From: Eledone cirrhosa
Taxonomy: Eukaryota
Direction of reading: 5' to 3'
DNA length: 64,000 nt
Assembly: GCA_964016885.1 (NCBI GenBank)
Contig: OZ024743.1
Location: 218,798,001-218,862,000, forward strand
Of this stretch, positions 13,601 through 25,600 are shown in pieces. Position 1 is the first letter of the stretch. Each line of letters starts with the position of its first letter. Both the position numbers and the translations under genes were made by a program. A model generated the notes under the pieces. That model was not told the DNA's origin. It did not search any database and saw nothing but the letters and a program-made list of their open reading frames with translations.

Positions 13601-16600
13601 AAAGGTGTGTGTGAAAGTGAGGTGAGGTGTGTGTGAAAGAGAGGTAAGGTGTGTGTGAAAGTGAGGTGAGGTGTGTGTGAAAGTGAGGCAAGATGTGTCT
13701 GAGAGTGAGGTGAGGTGTGTGTGAAAGTGAGGTAAGGTGTGTGTGAAAGTGAGGTGAGGTGTGTGTGAAAGTGAGGTGAGGTGTGTGTGAAAGTGAGGAA
13801 AGGTGTGTCTGAGAGTGAGGTGAGGTGTGTGTGAAAGTGAGGTAACGTGTGTGTGAAAGTGAGGTGAGGTGTGTGTGGAAGTGAGGTGAGGTGTGTGTGT
13901 AAGAGAGGTGAGGCGTGTGTGAAAGTGAGGTAAGGTGTGTATGAAAGAGAGGTGAGGTGCGTGAAAGTGAGGTGAGGTGTGAAAGTGAGGTGAGGTGTGA
14001 GGGTGAGGTAAGGTGTGTGTGAAAGTGAGGTAATGTGTGTGTGAAAGTGAGGTGAGGTGCGTGTGAAAATGATGTGAGGTATGTGTGAAAGTGTGGTAAG
14101 GTGTGTGTGAAAGTGAGGTGAGGTGTGTGTGAAAGTGAGGTGAGGTGTGTGTGTGAAAGAGAGGTCAGGTGTGTGTGAAAGAGAGGTCAGGTGTGTGTGA
14201 AAGAGAGGTAATGTTTGGGTGAAAGTGAGGAGAGGTGTGTGTGAAAGTGAGGTGAGGTGTGTGCGAAAGTGAGGTGAGGTGTGTGCGAAAGTGAGGTGAG
14301 GTGTGTGTGAAAGACAGGTCAGGTGTGTGTGAAACAGAGGTAAGGTGTGTGTCAAAGTGAGGTGAGATGTGTGTGAAAGTGAGGTGAGGTGTGTGTGAAA
14401 GTGAGGTAAGGTGTGTGTGAGAGTGAGGTGAGGTATGTGTGAGAGTGAGGTGAGGTGTGTGTGAAAGTGATGTAAGGTGTGTGTGAAAGTGAGGGGAGGT
14501 GTGTGTGAAAGTGAGGTGAGGTGTGTGTGGAAGTGAGGTGAGGTGTGTGTGAAAGTGAGGTAAGGTGTGTGTAAAAGTGAGGAAAGGTGTGTGTGAAAGT
14601 GAGCAAAGGTGTGTGTGAAATTGAGGTGAGGCGTGTGTGAAGGTGAGGTAAGGTGTGTGTGAAAGTGAGGTAAGGTGTGTGTGAAAGTGAGGTGAAATGT
14701 GTGTAAAAGTGAGGTGAGGTGTGTGTGAAAGTGAGGTAGGTGTGAGTGAAAGAGAGGTGAGGTGTGTGTGAAAGAGAGGTGAGGTGTGTGTGAAAGTGAG
14801 GTGAGGTGTGTGTGAAAGTGAGGTGAGATGTGTGTGAAAGTGAGGTGAGGTGTGTGTTAAAGTGAGGTGAGGTGTGTGTGAAAGTAAGGTAAGGTGTGTG
14901 TGTAAGAGAGGTAAGGTGTGTGTGAAAGTGGGGTGAGGTGTGTGTGAAAGAGAGGTGAGGTGTGTGTGAAAGTGAGGTGAGGTGTGTGTGAAAATGATGT
15001 GGGGTGTGTGTGAAAGTGTGGTAAGGTGTGTGTGAAAGTGAGGTGAGGTGTGTGTGAAAGTAAGGTAAGGTGTGGGTGAAAGTGAGGTGAGGTGTGTATG
15101 AAAGAGAGGTGAGGTGCGTGAAATTGAGGTGAGGTGTGAAAGTGAGGTGAGGTGTGAGGGTGAGGTAAGGTGTGTGTGAAAGTGAGGTAATGTGTGTGTG
15201 AAAGTGAGGTGAGGTGCGTGTGAAACTGATGTGAGGTATGTGTGAAAGTGTGGTAAGGTGTGTGTGAAAGTGAGGTGAGGTGTGTGTGAAAGTGAGGTGA
15301 GGTGTGGGTGTGAAAGAGAGGTCAGGTGTGTGTGAAAGAGAGGTCAGGTGTGTGTGAAAGAGAGGTGATGTTTGGGTGAAAGTGAGGTGAGGTGTGTGTG
15401 AAAGACAGGTCAGGTGTGTGTGAAACAGAGGTAAGGTGTGTGTGAAAGTGAGGTAAGGTGTGTGTCAAAGTGAGGTGAGGTGTGTGTGAAAGAGAGGTCA
15501 GGTGTGTGTGAAAGTGAGGTGAGGTGTGTGTGAAAGTGAGGTATGTGTGAAAGTGAGGTGAGGTGTGTGTGAAAGTGAGGTGAGGTGTGTGTGAAAGTGA
15601 GGTGGTGTGTGTGTGAAAGTGAGGTGAGGTGTGTGTGAAAGGGAGGTAAGGTGTGTGTGAAAATGATGTGAGATGTGTGTGAAAGGGAGGTAAGGTGTGT
15701 GTGTGAAAGTGAGGTAAGGTGTGTGTGTAAGAGAGGTGAAGTGCGTGTGAAAGTGAGGTAAGGTGTGTGTGAAAGTGAGGTGAGGTGTGTGTAAAAGTGA
15801 GGAAAGGTGTGTGTGAAAGTGAGGTAAGGTGTGTGTGAAAGTGAGGTAAGGTGTGTGTGAAAGTGAGGTGAGGTGTGTGTGAAAGAGAGGTGAGGTGTGT
15901 GTGAAAGTAAGGTAAGGTGTGGGTGAAAGTGAGGTGAGGTGTGTGTAAAAGTGAGGTAAGGTGTGTGTGAAAGTGAGGTGAGGTGTGTGTGTAAGTGAGG
16001 TGAGGTGTGTGTGAAACAGAGGTGAGGTGTGTGTGAAAGTAAGGTGAGGTGTGTGTGAAAGTGAGGTGAGGTGTGTGTGAAAGTGAGGTGAGGTGTGTGT
16101 GAAAGTGAGGTGAGGTGTGTGTGAAAGTGAGGTGAGGTGTGTGTTAAAGTGAGGTGAGGTGTGTGTGAAAGTAAGGTAAGGTGTGTGTGTAAGAGAGGTA
16201 AGGTGTGTGTGAAAGTGGGGTGAGGTGTGTGTGAAAGTGAGATCAGGCGTGAGTGAAACAGAGATCAGGTGTGTGTGAAAGAGAGGTCAGGTGTGTGTGA
16301 ATGTGAGGTGAGGTGTGTGTGAAAGAGAGGTGAGGTGTGTGTGAAAGAGAGGTGAGGTGTGTGTGAAAGTGAGGTGAGGTGTGTGTAAAAATGATGTGGG
16401 GTGTGTGTGAAAGTGTGGTAAGGTGTGTGTGAAAGTGAGGTGAGGTGTGTGTGAAAGTGAGATCAGGCGTGAGTGAAACAGAGATCAGGTGTGTGTGAAA
16501 GAGAGGTCAGGTGTGTGTGAAAGAGAGGTCAGGTGGGTGTGAAAGAGAGGTGATGTTTGGGTGAAAGTGAGGTTAGGCGTATGTGTAAGAGAGGTGAGGT

Positions 16601-19040
16601 GTGTGTGAAAGAGAGGTGAGGTGTGTGTGTGAAAGTGAGGTGAGGTGTGTGTGAAAGTGAGGGGAGGTGTGTGTGAAAGTGAGGTGAGGTGTGTGTGAAA
16701 GTGAGGTAAGGTGTGTGAAAGTGAGGTGAGGTGTGTGTGAAAGTGAGGTAAGGTGTGTGTGTAAGAGAGGTGAGGTGTGTGTGAAAGTGAGGTAAGGTGT
16801 GTGTGTAAGAGAGGTGAGGTGTGTGTGAAAGTGAGGTAAGGTCTGTGTGAAAGTGAGGTGAGGTGTGTGTGAAAGTGAGGTAAGGTGTGTGTGAAAGTGA
16901 GGTGAGGTGTGTGTGAGAGTGAGGAAAGGTGTGTGTGAAAGTGAGGTGAGGTGTGTGTGAAAGTGAGGCAAGGTGTGTCTGAGAGTGAGGTGAGGTGTGT
17001 GTGAAAGTGAGGTAAGGTGTGTGTGAAAGTGAGGTGAGGTGTGTGTGAAAGTGAGGTGAGGTGTGTGTGAAAGTGAGGAAAGGTGTGTCTGAGAGTGAGG
17101 TGAGGTGTGTGTGAAAGTGAGGTAAGGTGTGTGTGAAAGTGAGGTGAGGTGTGTGTGGAAGTGAGGTGAGGTGTGTGTGTAAGAGAGGTGAGGCGTGTGT
17201 GAAAGTGATGTAAGATGTGTGTGAAAGAGAGGTGAGGTGTCTGTGAAAGTGAGGTGAGGTGTGTATGAAAGAGAGGTGAGGTGTGTGAAGTGAGGTGAGG
17301 TGTGAAAGTGAGGTGAGGTGTGTGGGTGAGGTAAGGTGTGTGTGAAAGTGAGGTAATGTGTGTGTGAAAGTGAGGTGAGGTGCGTGTGAAAATGATGTGA
17401 GGTACGTGTGAAAGTGTGGTAAGGTGTGTGTGAAAGAGAGGTCAGGTGTGTGTGAAAGAGAGGTCAGGTGTGTGTGAAAGAGAGGTGATGTTTGGGTGAA
17501 AGTGATGAGGGGTGTGTGTGAAAGTGAGGTGAGGTGTGTGCGAAAATGAGGTGAGGTGTGTGTGAAAGACAGGTCAGGTGTGTGTGAAAAAGAGGTAAGG
17601 TGTGTGTGAAAGTGAGGTAAGGTGTGTGTCAAAGTGAGGTGAGGTGTGTGTGAAAGTGAGGTGAGGTGTGTGTGAAAGAGAGGTGAGGTGTGTGTGAAAG
17701 TGAGGTATGTGTGAAAGTGGGGTGAGGTGTGTGTGAAAGTGAGGTAAGGTGTGTGTGTAAGAGAGGTAAGGTGTGTGTGAAAGTGGGGTGAGGTGTGTGT
17801 GAAAGTGAGATCAGGCGTGTGTGAAAGAGAGGTCAGGTGTGTGTGAAAGTGAGGTGAGGTGTGTGTAAAAGTGAGGTGAGGTGTGTGTGAAAGTGAGATA
17901 GGTGTGAGTGAAAGAGAGGTGAGGTGTGTGTGTAAGTGAGGTGAGGTGTGTGTGAAACAGAGATCAGGTGTGTGTGAAAGAGAGGTCAGGTGTGTGTGAA
18001 AGTGAGGTGAGGTGTGTGTGTAAGTGAGGTGAGGTGTGTGTGAAACAGAGATCAGGTGTGTGTGAAAGAGAGGTCAGGTGTGTGTGAAAGTGAGGTGAGG
18101 TGTGTGTAAAAGTGAGGTGAGGTGTGTGTGAAAGTGAGATAGGTGTGAGTGAAAGAGAGGTGAGGTGTGTGTGAAAGAGAGGTGAGGTGTGTGCGAAAGT
18201 AAGGTGAGGTGTGTGTGAAAGTGAGGTGAGGTGTGTGTAAAAGTGAGGTAAGGTGTGTGTTAAAGTGAGGTGAGGTGTGTGTGAAAGTGAGGTGAGGTGT
18301 GTGTGTAAGTGAGGTGAGGTGTGTGTGAAACAGAGGTGAGGTGTGTGTGAAAGTGAGGTGAGGTGTGTGTGAAAGTGAGGTGAGGTGTGTGTAAAAGTGA
18401 GGTGAGGTGTGTGTGAAAGTAAGGTAAGGTGTGTGTGAAAGTGAGGTGAGGTGAGTGTGAAAGTGAGGTAAGGTGAAGGTGAGGTGAGGTCTGAAAGTGA
18501 GGTGAGGTTTGAAAGTGAGGTAAGGTGTGTGTGAAAGTGAGGTGAGGTGTGTGTGAAAGAGAGGTGAGGTGTGTGTGAAAGTGAGGTGGAGTGTGTGTGA
18601 AAGTGAGGTGAGGTGTGTGTGAAAGAGAGGTAAGGTGTGTGTGAAAGAGAGGTGAGGTGTGTGTGAAAGTGAGGTGAGGTGTGTGTGAAAGAGAGGTGAG
18701 GTGTGTGTGAAAGTGAGGTGAGGTGTGTGTGAAAGTGAGGTGAGGTGTGTGTGTGAAAGAGAGGTCAGGTGTGTGTGAAAGAGAGGTGATGTTTGGGTGA
18801 AAGTGAGGGGAGGTGTGTGTGAAAGTGAGGTGAGGTGTGTGCGAAAGTGAGGTGAGGTGTGTGTGAAAGACAGGTCAGGTGTGTGTGAAACAGAGGTAAG
18901 GTGTGTGTGAAAGTGAGGTAAGGTGTGTGTCAAAGTGAGGTGAGGTGTGTGTGAAAGAGAGGTCAGGTGTGTGTGAAAGTGAGGTGAGGTGTGTGTGAAA
19001 GTGAGGTATGTGTGAAAGTGAGGTGAGGTGTGTGTGAAAG
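1700..19040 (+). repeat. ~8.5-kb higher-order tandem duplication (two near-identical copies, junction ~10240)
   Basis: Identical ORF translations occur at offset 8535 (2411/10946, 4770/13305), 8491 (5861/14352) and 8579 (7950/16529). A private 1-bp deletion (GTGAGTGAGG) is shared at ~2800 and ~11335. Confidence 0.9.
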
Positions 19041-19634
19041 TGAGGTGAGGTGTGTGTGAAAGTGAGGTGGTGTGTGTGTGAAAGTGAGGTGAGGTGTGTG
19101 TGAAAGGGAGGTAAGGTGTGTGTGAAAATGATGTGAGATGTGTGTGAAAGGGAGGTAAGGTGTGTGTGAAAGTGAGGTGAGGTGTGTGTAAAAGTGAGGA
19201 AAGGTGTGTGTGAAAGTGAGCAAGGTGTGTGTGAAAGTGAGGTAAGGTGTGTGTGAAAGTGAGGTAAGGTGTGTGTGAAAGTGAGGTGAGGTGTGTGTGA
19301 AAGAGAGGTGAGGTGTGTGTGAAAGTAAGGTAAGGTGTGGGTGAAAGTGAGGTGAGGTGTGTGTAAAAGTGAGGTAAGGTGTGTGTGAAAGTGAGGTGAG
19401 GTGTGTGTGTAAGTGAGGTGAGGTGTGTGTGAAAGAGAGGTCAGGTGTGTGTGAAAGAGAGGTCAGGTGTGTGTGAAAGTGAGGTGAGGTGTGTGTTAAA
19501 GTGAGGTGAGGTGTGTGTGAAAGTAAGGTAAGGTGTGTGTGTAAGAGAGGTAAGGTGTGTGTGAAAGTGAGGTGAGGTGTGTGTAAAAGTGAGGAAAGGT
19601 GTGTGTGAAAGTGAGCAAGGTGTGTGTGAAAGTG

Positions 19635-22600
19635 AGGTAAGGTGTGTGTGAAAGTGAGGTAAGGTGTGTGTGAAAGTGAGGTGAGGTGTGTGTGAAAGAG
19701 AGGTGAGGTGTGTGTGAAAGTAAGGTAAGGTTTGGGTGAAAGTGAGGTGAGGTGTGTGTAAAAGTGAGGTAAGGTGTGTGTGAAAGTGAGGTGAGATGTG
19801 TGTGTAAGTGAGGTGAGGTGTGTGTGAAAGAGAGGTCAGGTGTGTGTGAAAGAGAGGTCAGGTGTGTGTGAAAGTGAGGTGAGGTGTGTGTTAAAGTGAG
19901 GTGAGGTGTGTGTGAAAGTAAGGTAAGGTGTGTGTGTAAGAGAGGTAAGGTGTGTGTGAAAGTGGGGTGAGGTGTGTGTGAAAGAGAGGTGAGGTGTGTG
20001 TGAAAGTGAGGTCAGGTGTGTGTAAAAATGATGTGGGGTGTGTGTGAAAGTGTGGTAAGGTGTGTGTGAAAGTGAGGTGAGGTGTGTGTGAAAGTGAGAT
20101 CAGGCGTGAGTGAAACAGAGGTCAGGTGTGTGTGAAAGAGAGGTCAGGTGTGTATGAATGTGAGGTGAGGTGTGTGTGAAAGAGAGGTGAGGTGTGTGTG
20201 AAAGAGAGGTCAGGTGTGTGTGAAAGAGAGGTCAGGTGCGTGTGAAAGAGAGGTGATGTTTGGGTGAAAGTGAGGTAAGGCGTGTGTGTAAGAGAGGTGA
20301 GGTGTGTGTGAAAGAGAGGTGAGGTGTGTGTGAAAGTGAGGTGAGGTGTGTGTGAAAGTGAGGGGAGGTGTGTGTGAAAGTGAGGTGAGGTGTGTGTGAA
20401 AGTGAGGTAAGGTGTGTGAAAGTGAGGTGTGTGTGAAAGTGAGGTAAGGTGTGTGTGTAAGAGAGGTGAGGTGTGTGTGAAAGTGAGGTATGTGTGAAAG
20501 TGAGGTGAGGTGTGTGTGAAAGTGAGGTGAGGTGTGTGTGAAAGTGAGGTGGTGTGTGTGTGAAAGTGAGGTGAGGTGTGTGTGAAAGGGAGGTAAGGTG
20601 TGTGTGAATATGATGTGAGATGTGTGTGAAAGGGAGGTAAGGTGTGTGTGAAAGTGAGGTGAAATGTGTGTAAAAGTGAGGTGAGGTGTGTGTGAAAGTG
20701 AGGTGAGGTGTGTGTGTAAGTGAGGTGAGGTGTGTGTGAAACAGAGGTGAGGTGTGTGTGAAAGTAAGGTGAGGTGTGTGTGAAAGTGAGGTGAGGTGTG
20801 TGTGAAAGTGAGGTGAGGTGTGTGTGAAAGTGAGGTGAGGTGTGTGTGAAAGTGAGGTGAGGTGTGTGTTAAAGTGAGGTGAGGTGTGTGTGAAAGTAAG
20901 GTAAGGTGTGTGTGTAAGAGAGGTAAGGTGTGTGTGAAAGTGGGGTGAGGTGTGTGTGAAAGAGAGGTGAGGTGTGTGTGAAAGTGAGGTGAGGTGTGTG
21001 TGAAAATGATGTGGGGTGTGTGTGAAAGTGTGGTAAGGTGTGTGTGAAAGTGAGGTGAGGTGTGTGTGAAAGTAAGATCAGGCGTGAGTGAAACAGAGGT
21101 CAGGTGTGTGTGAAAGAGAGGTCAGGTGTGTGTGAATGTGAGGTAAGGTGTGTGTGAAAGAGAGGTGAGGTGTGTGTGAAAGAGAGGTCAGGTTTGTGTG
21201 AAAGAGAGGTCAGGTGCGTGTGAAAGAGAGGTGATGTTTGGGTGAAAGTGAGGTAAGGTGTGTGTGTAAGAGAGGTGAGGTGTGTGTGAAAGAGAGGTGA
21301 GGTGTGTGTGAAAGTGAGGTGAGGTGTGTGTGAAAGTGAGGGGAGGTGTGTGTGAAAGTGAGGTGAGGTGTGTGTGAAAGTGAGGTAAGGTGTGTGAAAG
21401 TGAGGTGAGGTGTGTGTGAAAGTGAGGTAAGGTGTGTGTGTAAGAGAGGTGAGGTGTGTGTGAAAGTTAGGTAAGGTCTGTGTGAAAGTGAGGTGAGGTG
21501 TGTGTGAAAGTGAGGTGAGGTGTGTGTGAAAGTGAGGTGAGGTGTGTGTGAAAGTGAGGTGAGAGTGAGGAAAGGTGTGTGTGAAAGTGAGGTGAGGTGT
21601 GTGTGAAAGAGAGGTAAGGTGTGTGTGAAAGTGAGGTGAGGTGTGTGTGAAAGTGAGGCAAGGTGTGTCTGAGAGTGAGGTGAGGTGTGTGTGAAAGTGA
21701 GGTAAGGTGTGTGAAAGTGAGGTGAGGTGTGTGTGAAAGTGAGGTAAGGTGTGTGTGTAAGAGAGGTGAGGTGTGTGTGAAAGTGAGGTGAGGTGTGTGT
21801 GAAAGTGAGGTAATGTGTGTGTGAAAGTGAGGTGAGGTGTGTGTGAAAGTGAGGTGAGGTGTGTGTGAAAGTGAGGAAAGGTGTGTCTGAGAGTGAGGTG
21901 AGGTGTGTGTGAAAGTGAGGTAAGGTGTGTGTGAAAGTGAGGTGAGGTGTGTGTGGAAGTGAGGTGAGGTGTGTGTGTAAGAGAGGTGAGGCGTGTGTGA
22001 AAGTGAGGTAAGGTGTGTATGAAAGAGAGGTGAGGTGCGTGAAAGTGAGGTGAGGTGTGAAAGTGAGGTGAGGTGTGAGGGTGAGGTAAGGTGGGTGTGA
22101 AAGTGAGGTAATGTGTGTGTGAAAGTGAGGTGAGGTGCGTGTGAAAATGATGTGAGGTATGTGTGAAAGTGTGGTAAGGTGTGTGTGAAAGTGAGGTGAG
22201 GTGTGTGTGAAAGTGAGGTGAGGTGTGTGTGTGAAAGAGAGGTCAGGTGTGTGTGAAAGAGAGGTCAGGTGTGTGTGAAAGAGAGGTAATGTTTGGGTGA
22301 AAGTGAGGAGAGGTGTGTGTGAAAGTGAGGTGAGGTGTGTGCGAAAGTGAGGTGAGGTGTGTGCGAAAGTGAGGTGAGGTGTGTGTGAAAGACAGGTCAG
22401 GTGTGTGTGAAACAGAGGTAAGGTGTGTGTCAAAGTGAATTGAGATGTGTGTGAAAGTGAGGTGAGGTGTGTGTGAAAGTGAGGTAAGGTGTGTGTGAGA
22501 GTGGGGTGAGGTATGTGTGAGAGTGAGGTGAGGTGTGTGTGAAAGTGATGTAAGGTGCGTGTGAAAGTGAGGGGAGGTGTGTGTGAAAGTGAGGTGAGGT

Positions 22601-25600
22601 GTGTGTGAAAGTGAGGTAAGGTGTGTGTAAAAGTGAGGAAAGGTGTGTGTGAAAGTGAGCAAAGGTGTGTGTGAAATTGAGGTGAGGCGTGTGTGAAAGT
22701 GAGGTAAGGTGTGTGTGAAAGTGAGGTAAGGTGTGTGTGAAAGTGAGGTGAAATGTGTGTAAAAGTGAGGTGAGGTGTGTGTGAAAGTGAGGTAGGTGTG
22801 AGTGAAAGAGAGGTGAGGTGTGTGTGAAAGAGAGGTGAGGTGTGTGTGAAAGTAAGGTAAGGTGTGGGTGAAAGTGAGGTGAGGTGTGTGTAAAAGTGAG
22901 GTAAGGTGTGTGTGAAAGTGAGGTGAGGTGTGTGTGTAAGTGAGGTGAGGTGTGTGTGAAACAGAGGTGAGGTGTGTGTGAAAGTAAGGTGAGGTGTGTG
23001 TGAAAGTGAGGTGAGGTGTGTGTGAAAGTGAGGTGAGATGTGTGTGAAAGTGAGGTGAGGTGTGTGTTAAAGTGAGGTGAGGTGTGTGTGAAAGTAAGGT
23101 AAGGTGTGTGTGTAAGAGAGGTAAGGTGTGTGTGAAAGTGGGGTGAGGTGTGTGTGAAAGAGAGGTGAGGTGTGTGTGAAAGTGAGGTGAGGTGTGTGTG
23201 AAAATGATGTGGGGTGTGTGTGAAAGTGTGGTAAGGTGTGTGTGAAAGTGAGGTGAGGTGTGTGTGAAAGTAAGGTAAGGTGTGGGTGAAAGTGAGGTGA
23301 GGTGTGTATGAAAGAGAGGTGAGGTGCGTGAAATTGAGGTGAGGTGTGAAAGTGAGGTGAGGTGTGAGGGTGAGGTAAGGTGTGTGTGAAAGTGAGGTGA
23401 GGTGTGTGTGAAAGTGAGGTGAGGTGTGGGTGTGAAAGAGAGGTCAGGTGTGTGTGAAAGAGAGGTCAGGTGTGTGTGAAAGAGAGGTGATGTTTGGGTG
23501 AAAGTGAGGTGAGGTGTGTGTGAAAGACAGGTCAGGTGTGTGTGAAACAGAGGTAAGGTGTGTGTGAAAGTGAGGTAAGGTGTGTGTGAAAGTGAGGTGA
23601 GGTGTGTGTGAAAGAGAGGTGAGGTGTGTGTGAAAGTAAGGTAAGGTTTGGGTGAAAGTGAGGTGAGGTGTGTGTAAAAGTGAGGTAAGGTGTGTGTGAA
23701 AGTGAGGTGAGATGTGTGTGTAAGTGAGGTGAGGTGTGTGTGAAAGAGAGGTCAGGTGTGTGTGAAAGAGAGGTCAGGTGTGTGTGAAAGTGAGGTGAGG
23801 TGTGTGTTAAAGTGAGGTGAGGTGTGTGTGAAAGTAAGGTAAGGTGTGTGTGTAAGAGAGGTAAGGTGTGTGTGAAAGTGGGGTGAGGTGTGTGTGAAAG
23901 AGAGGTGAGGTGTGTGTGAAAGTGAGGTCAGGTGTGTGTAAAAATGATGTGGGGTGTGTGTGAAAGTGTGGTAAGGTGTGTGTGAAAGTGAGGTGAGGTG
24001 TGTGTGAAAGTGAGATCAGGCGTGAGTGAAACAGAGGTCAGGTGTGTGTGAAAGAGAGGTCAGGTGTGTATGAATGTGAGGTGAGGTGTGTGTGAAAGAG
24101 AGGTGAGGTGTGTGTGAAAGAGAGGTCAGGTGTGTGTGAAAGAGAGGTCAGGTGCGTGTGAAAGAGAGGTGATGTTTGGGTGAAAGTGAGGTAAGGCGTG
24201 TGTGTAAGAGAGGTGAGGTGTGTGTGAAAGAGAGGTGAGGTGTGTGTGAAAGTGAGGTGAGGTGTGTGTGAAAGTGAGGGGAGGTGTGTGTGAAAGTGAG
24301 GTGAGGTGTGTGTGAAAGTGAGGTAAGGTGTGTGAAAGTGAGGTGTGTGTGAAAGTGAGGTAAGGTGTGTGTGTAAGAGAGGTGAGGTGTGTGTGAAAGT
24401 GAGGTATGTGTGAAAGTGAGGTGAGGTGTGTGTGAAAGTGAGGTGAGGTGTGTGTGAAAGTGAGGTGGTGTGTGTGTGAAAGTGAGGTGAGGTGTGTGTG
24501 AAAGGGAGGTAAGGTGTGTGTGAATATGATGTGAGATGTGTGTGAAAGGGAGGTAAGGTGTGTGTGAAAGTGAGGTGAAATGTGTGTAAAAGTGAGGTGA
24601 GGTGTGTGTGAAAGTGAGGTGAGGTGTGTGTGTAAGTGAGGTGAGGTGTGTGTGAAACAGAGGTGAGGTGTGTGTGAAAGTAAGGTGAGGTGTGTGTGAA
24701 AGTGAGGTGAGGTGTGTGTGAAAGTGAGGTGAGGTGTGTGTGAAAGTGAGGTGAGGTGTGTGTGAAAGTGAGGTGAGGTGTGTGTTAAAGTGAGGTGAGG
24801 TGTGTGTGAAAGTAAGGTAAGGTGTGTGTGTAAGAGAGGTAAGGTGTGTGTGAAAGTGGGGTGAGGTGTGTGTGAAAGAGAGGTGAGGTGTGTGTGAAAG
24901 TGAGGTGAGGTGTGTGTGAAAATGATGTGGGGTGTGTGTGAAAGTGTGGTAAGGTGTGTGTGAAAGTGAGGTGAGGTGTGTGTGAAAGTAAGATCAGGCG
25001 TGAGTGAAACAGAGGTCAGGTGTGTGTGAAAGAGAGGTCAGGTGTGTGTGAATGTGAGGTAAGGTGTGTGTGAAAGAGAGGTGAGGTGTGTGTGAAAGAG
25101 AGGTCAGGTTTGTGTGAAAGAGAGGTCAGGTGCGTGTGAAAGAGAGGTGATGTTTGGGTGAAAGTGAGGTAAGGTGTGTGTGTAAGAGAGGTGAGGTGTG
25201 TGTGAAAGAGAGGTGAGGTGTGTGTGAAAGTGAGGTGAGGTGTGTGTGAAAGTGAGGGGAGGTGTGTGTGAAAGTGAGGTGAGGTGTGTGTGAAAGTGAG
25301 GTAAGGTGTGTGAAAGTGAGGTGAGGTGTGTGTGAAAGTGAGGTAAGGTGTGTGTGTAAGAGAGGTGAGGTGTGTGTGAAAGTTAGGTAAGGTCTGTGTG
25401 AAAGTGAGGTGAGGTGTGTGTGAAAGTGAGGTGAGGTGTGTGTGAAAGTGAGGTGAGGTGTGTGTGAAAGTGAGGTGAGAGTGAGGAAAGGTGTGTGTGA
25501 AAGTGAGGTGAGGTGTGTGTGAAAGAGAGGTAAGGTGTGTGTGAAAGTGAGGTGAGGTGTGTGTGAAAGTGAGGCAAGGTGTGTCTGAGAGTGAGGTGAG

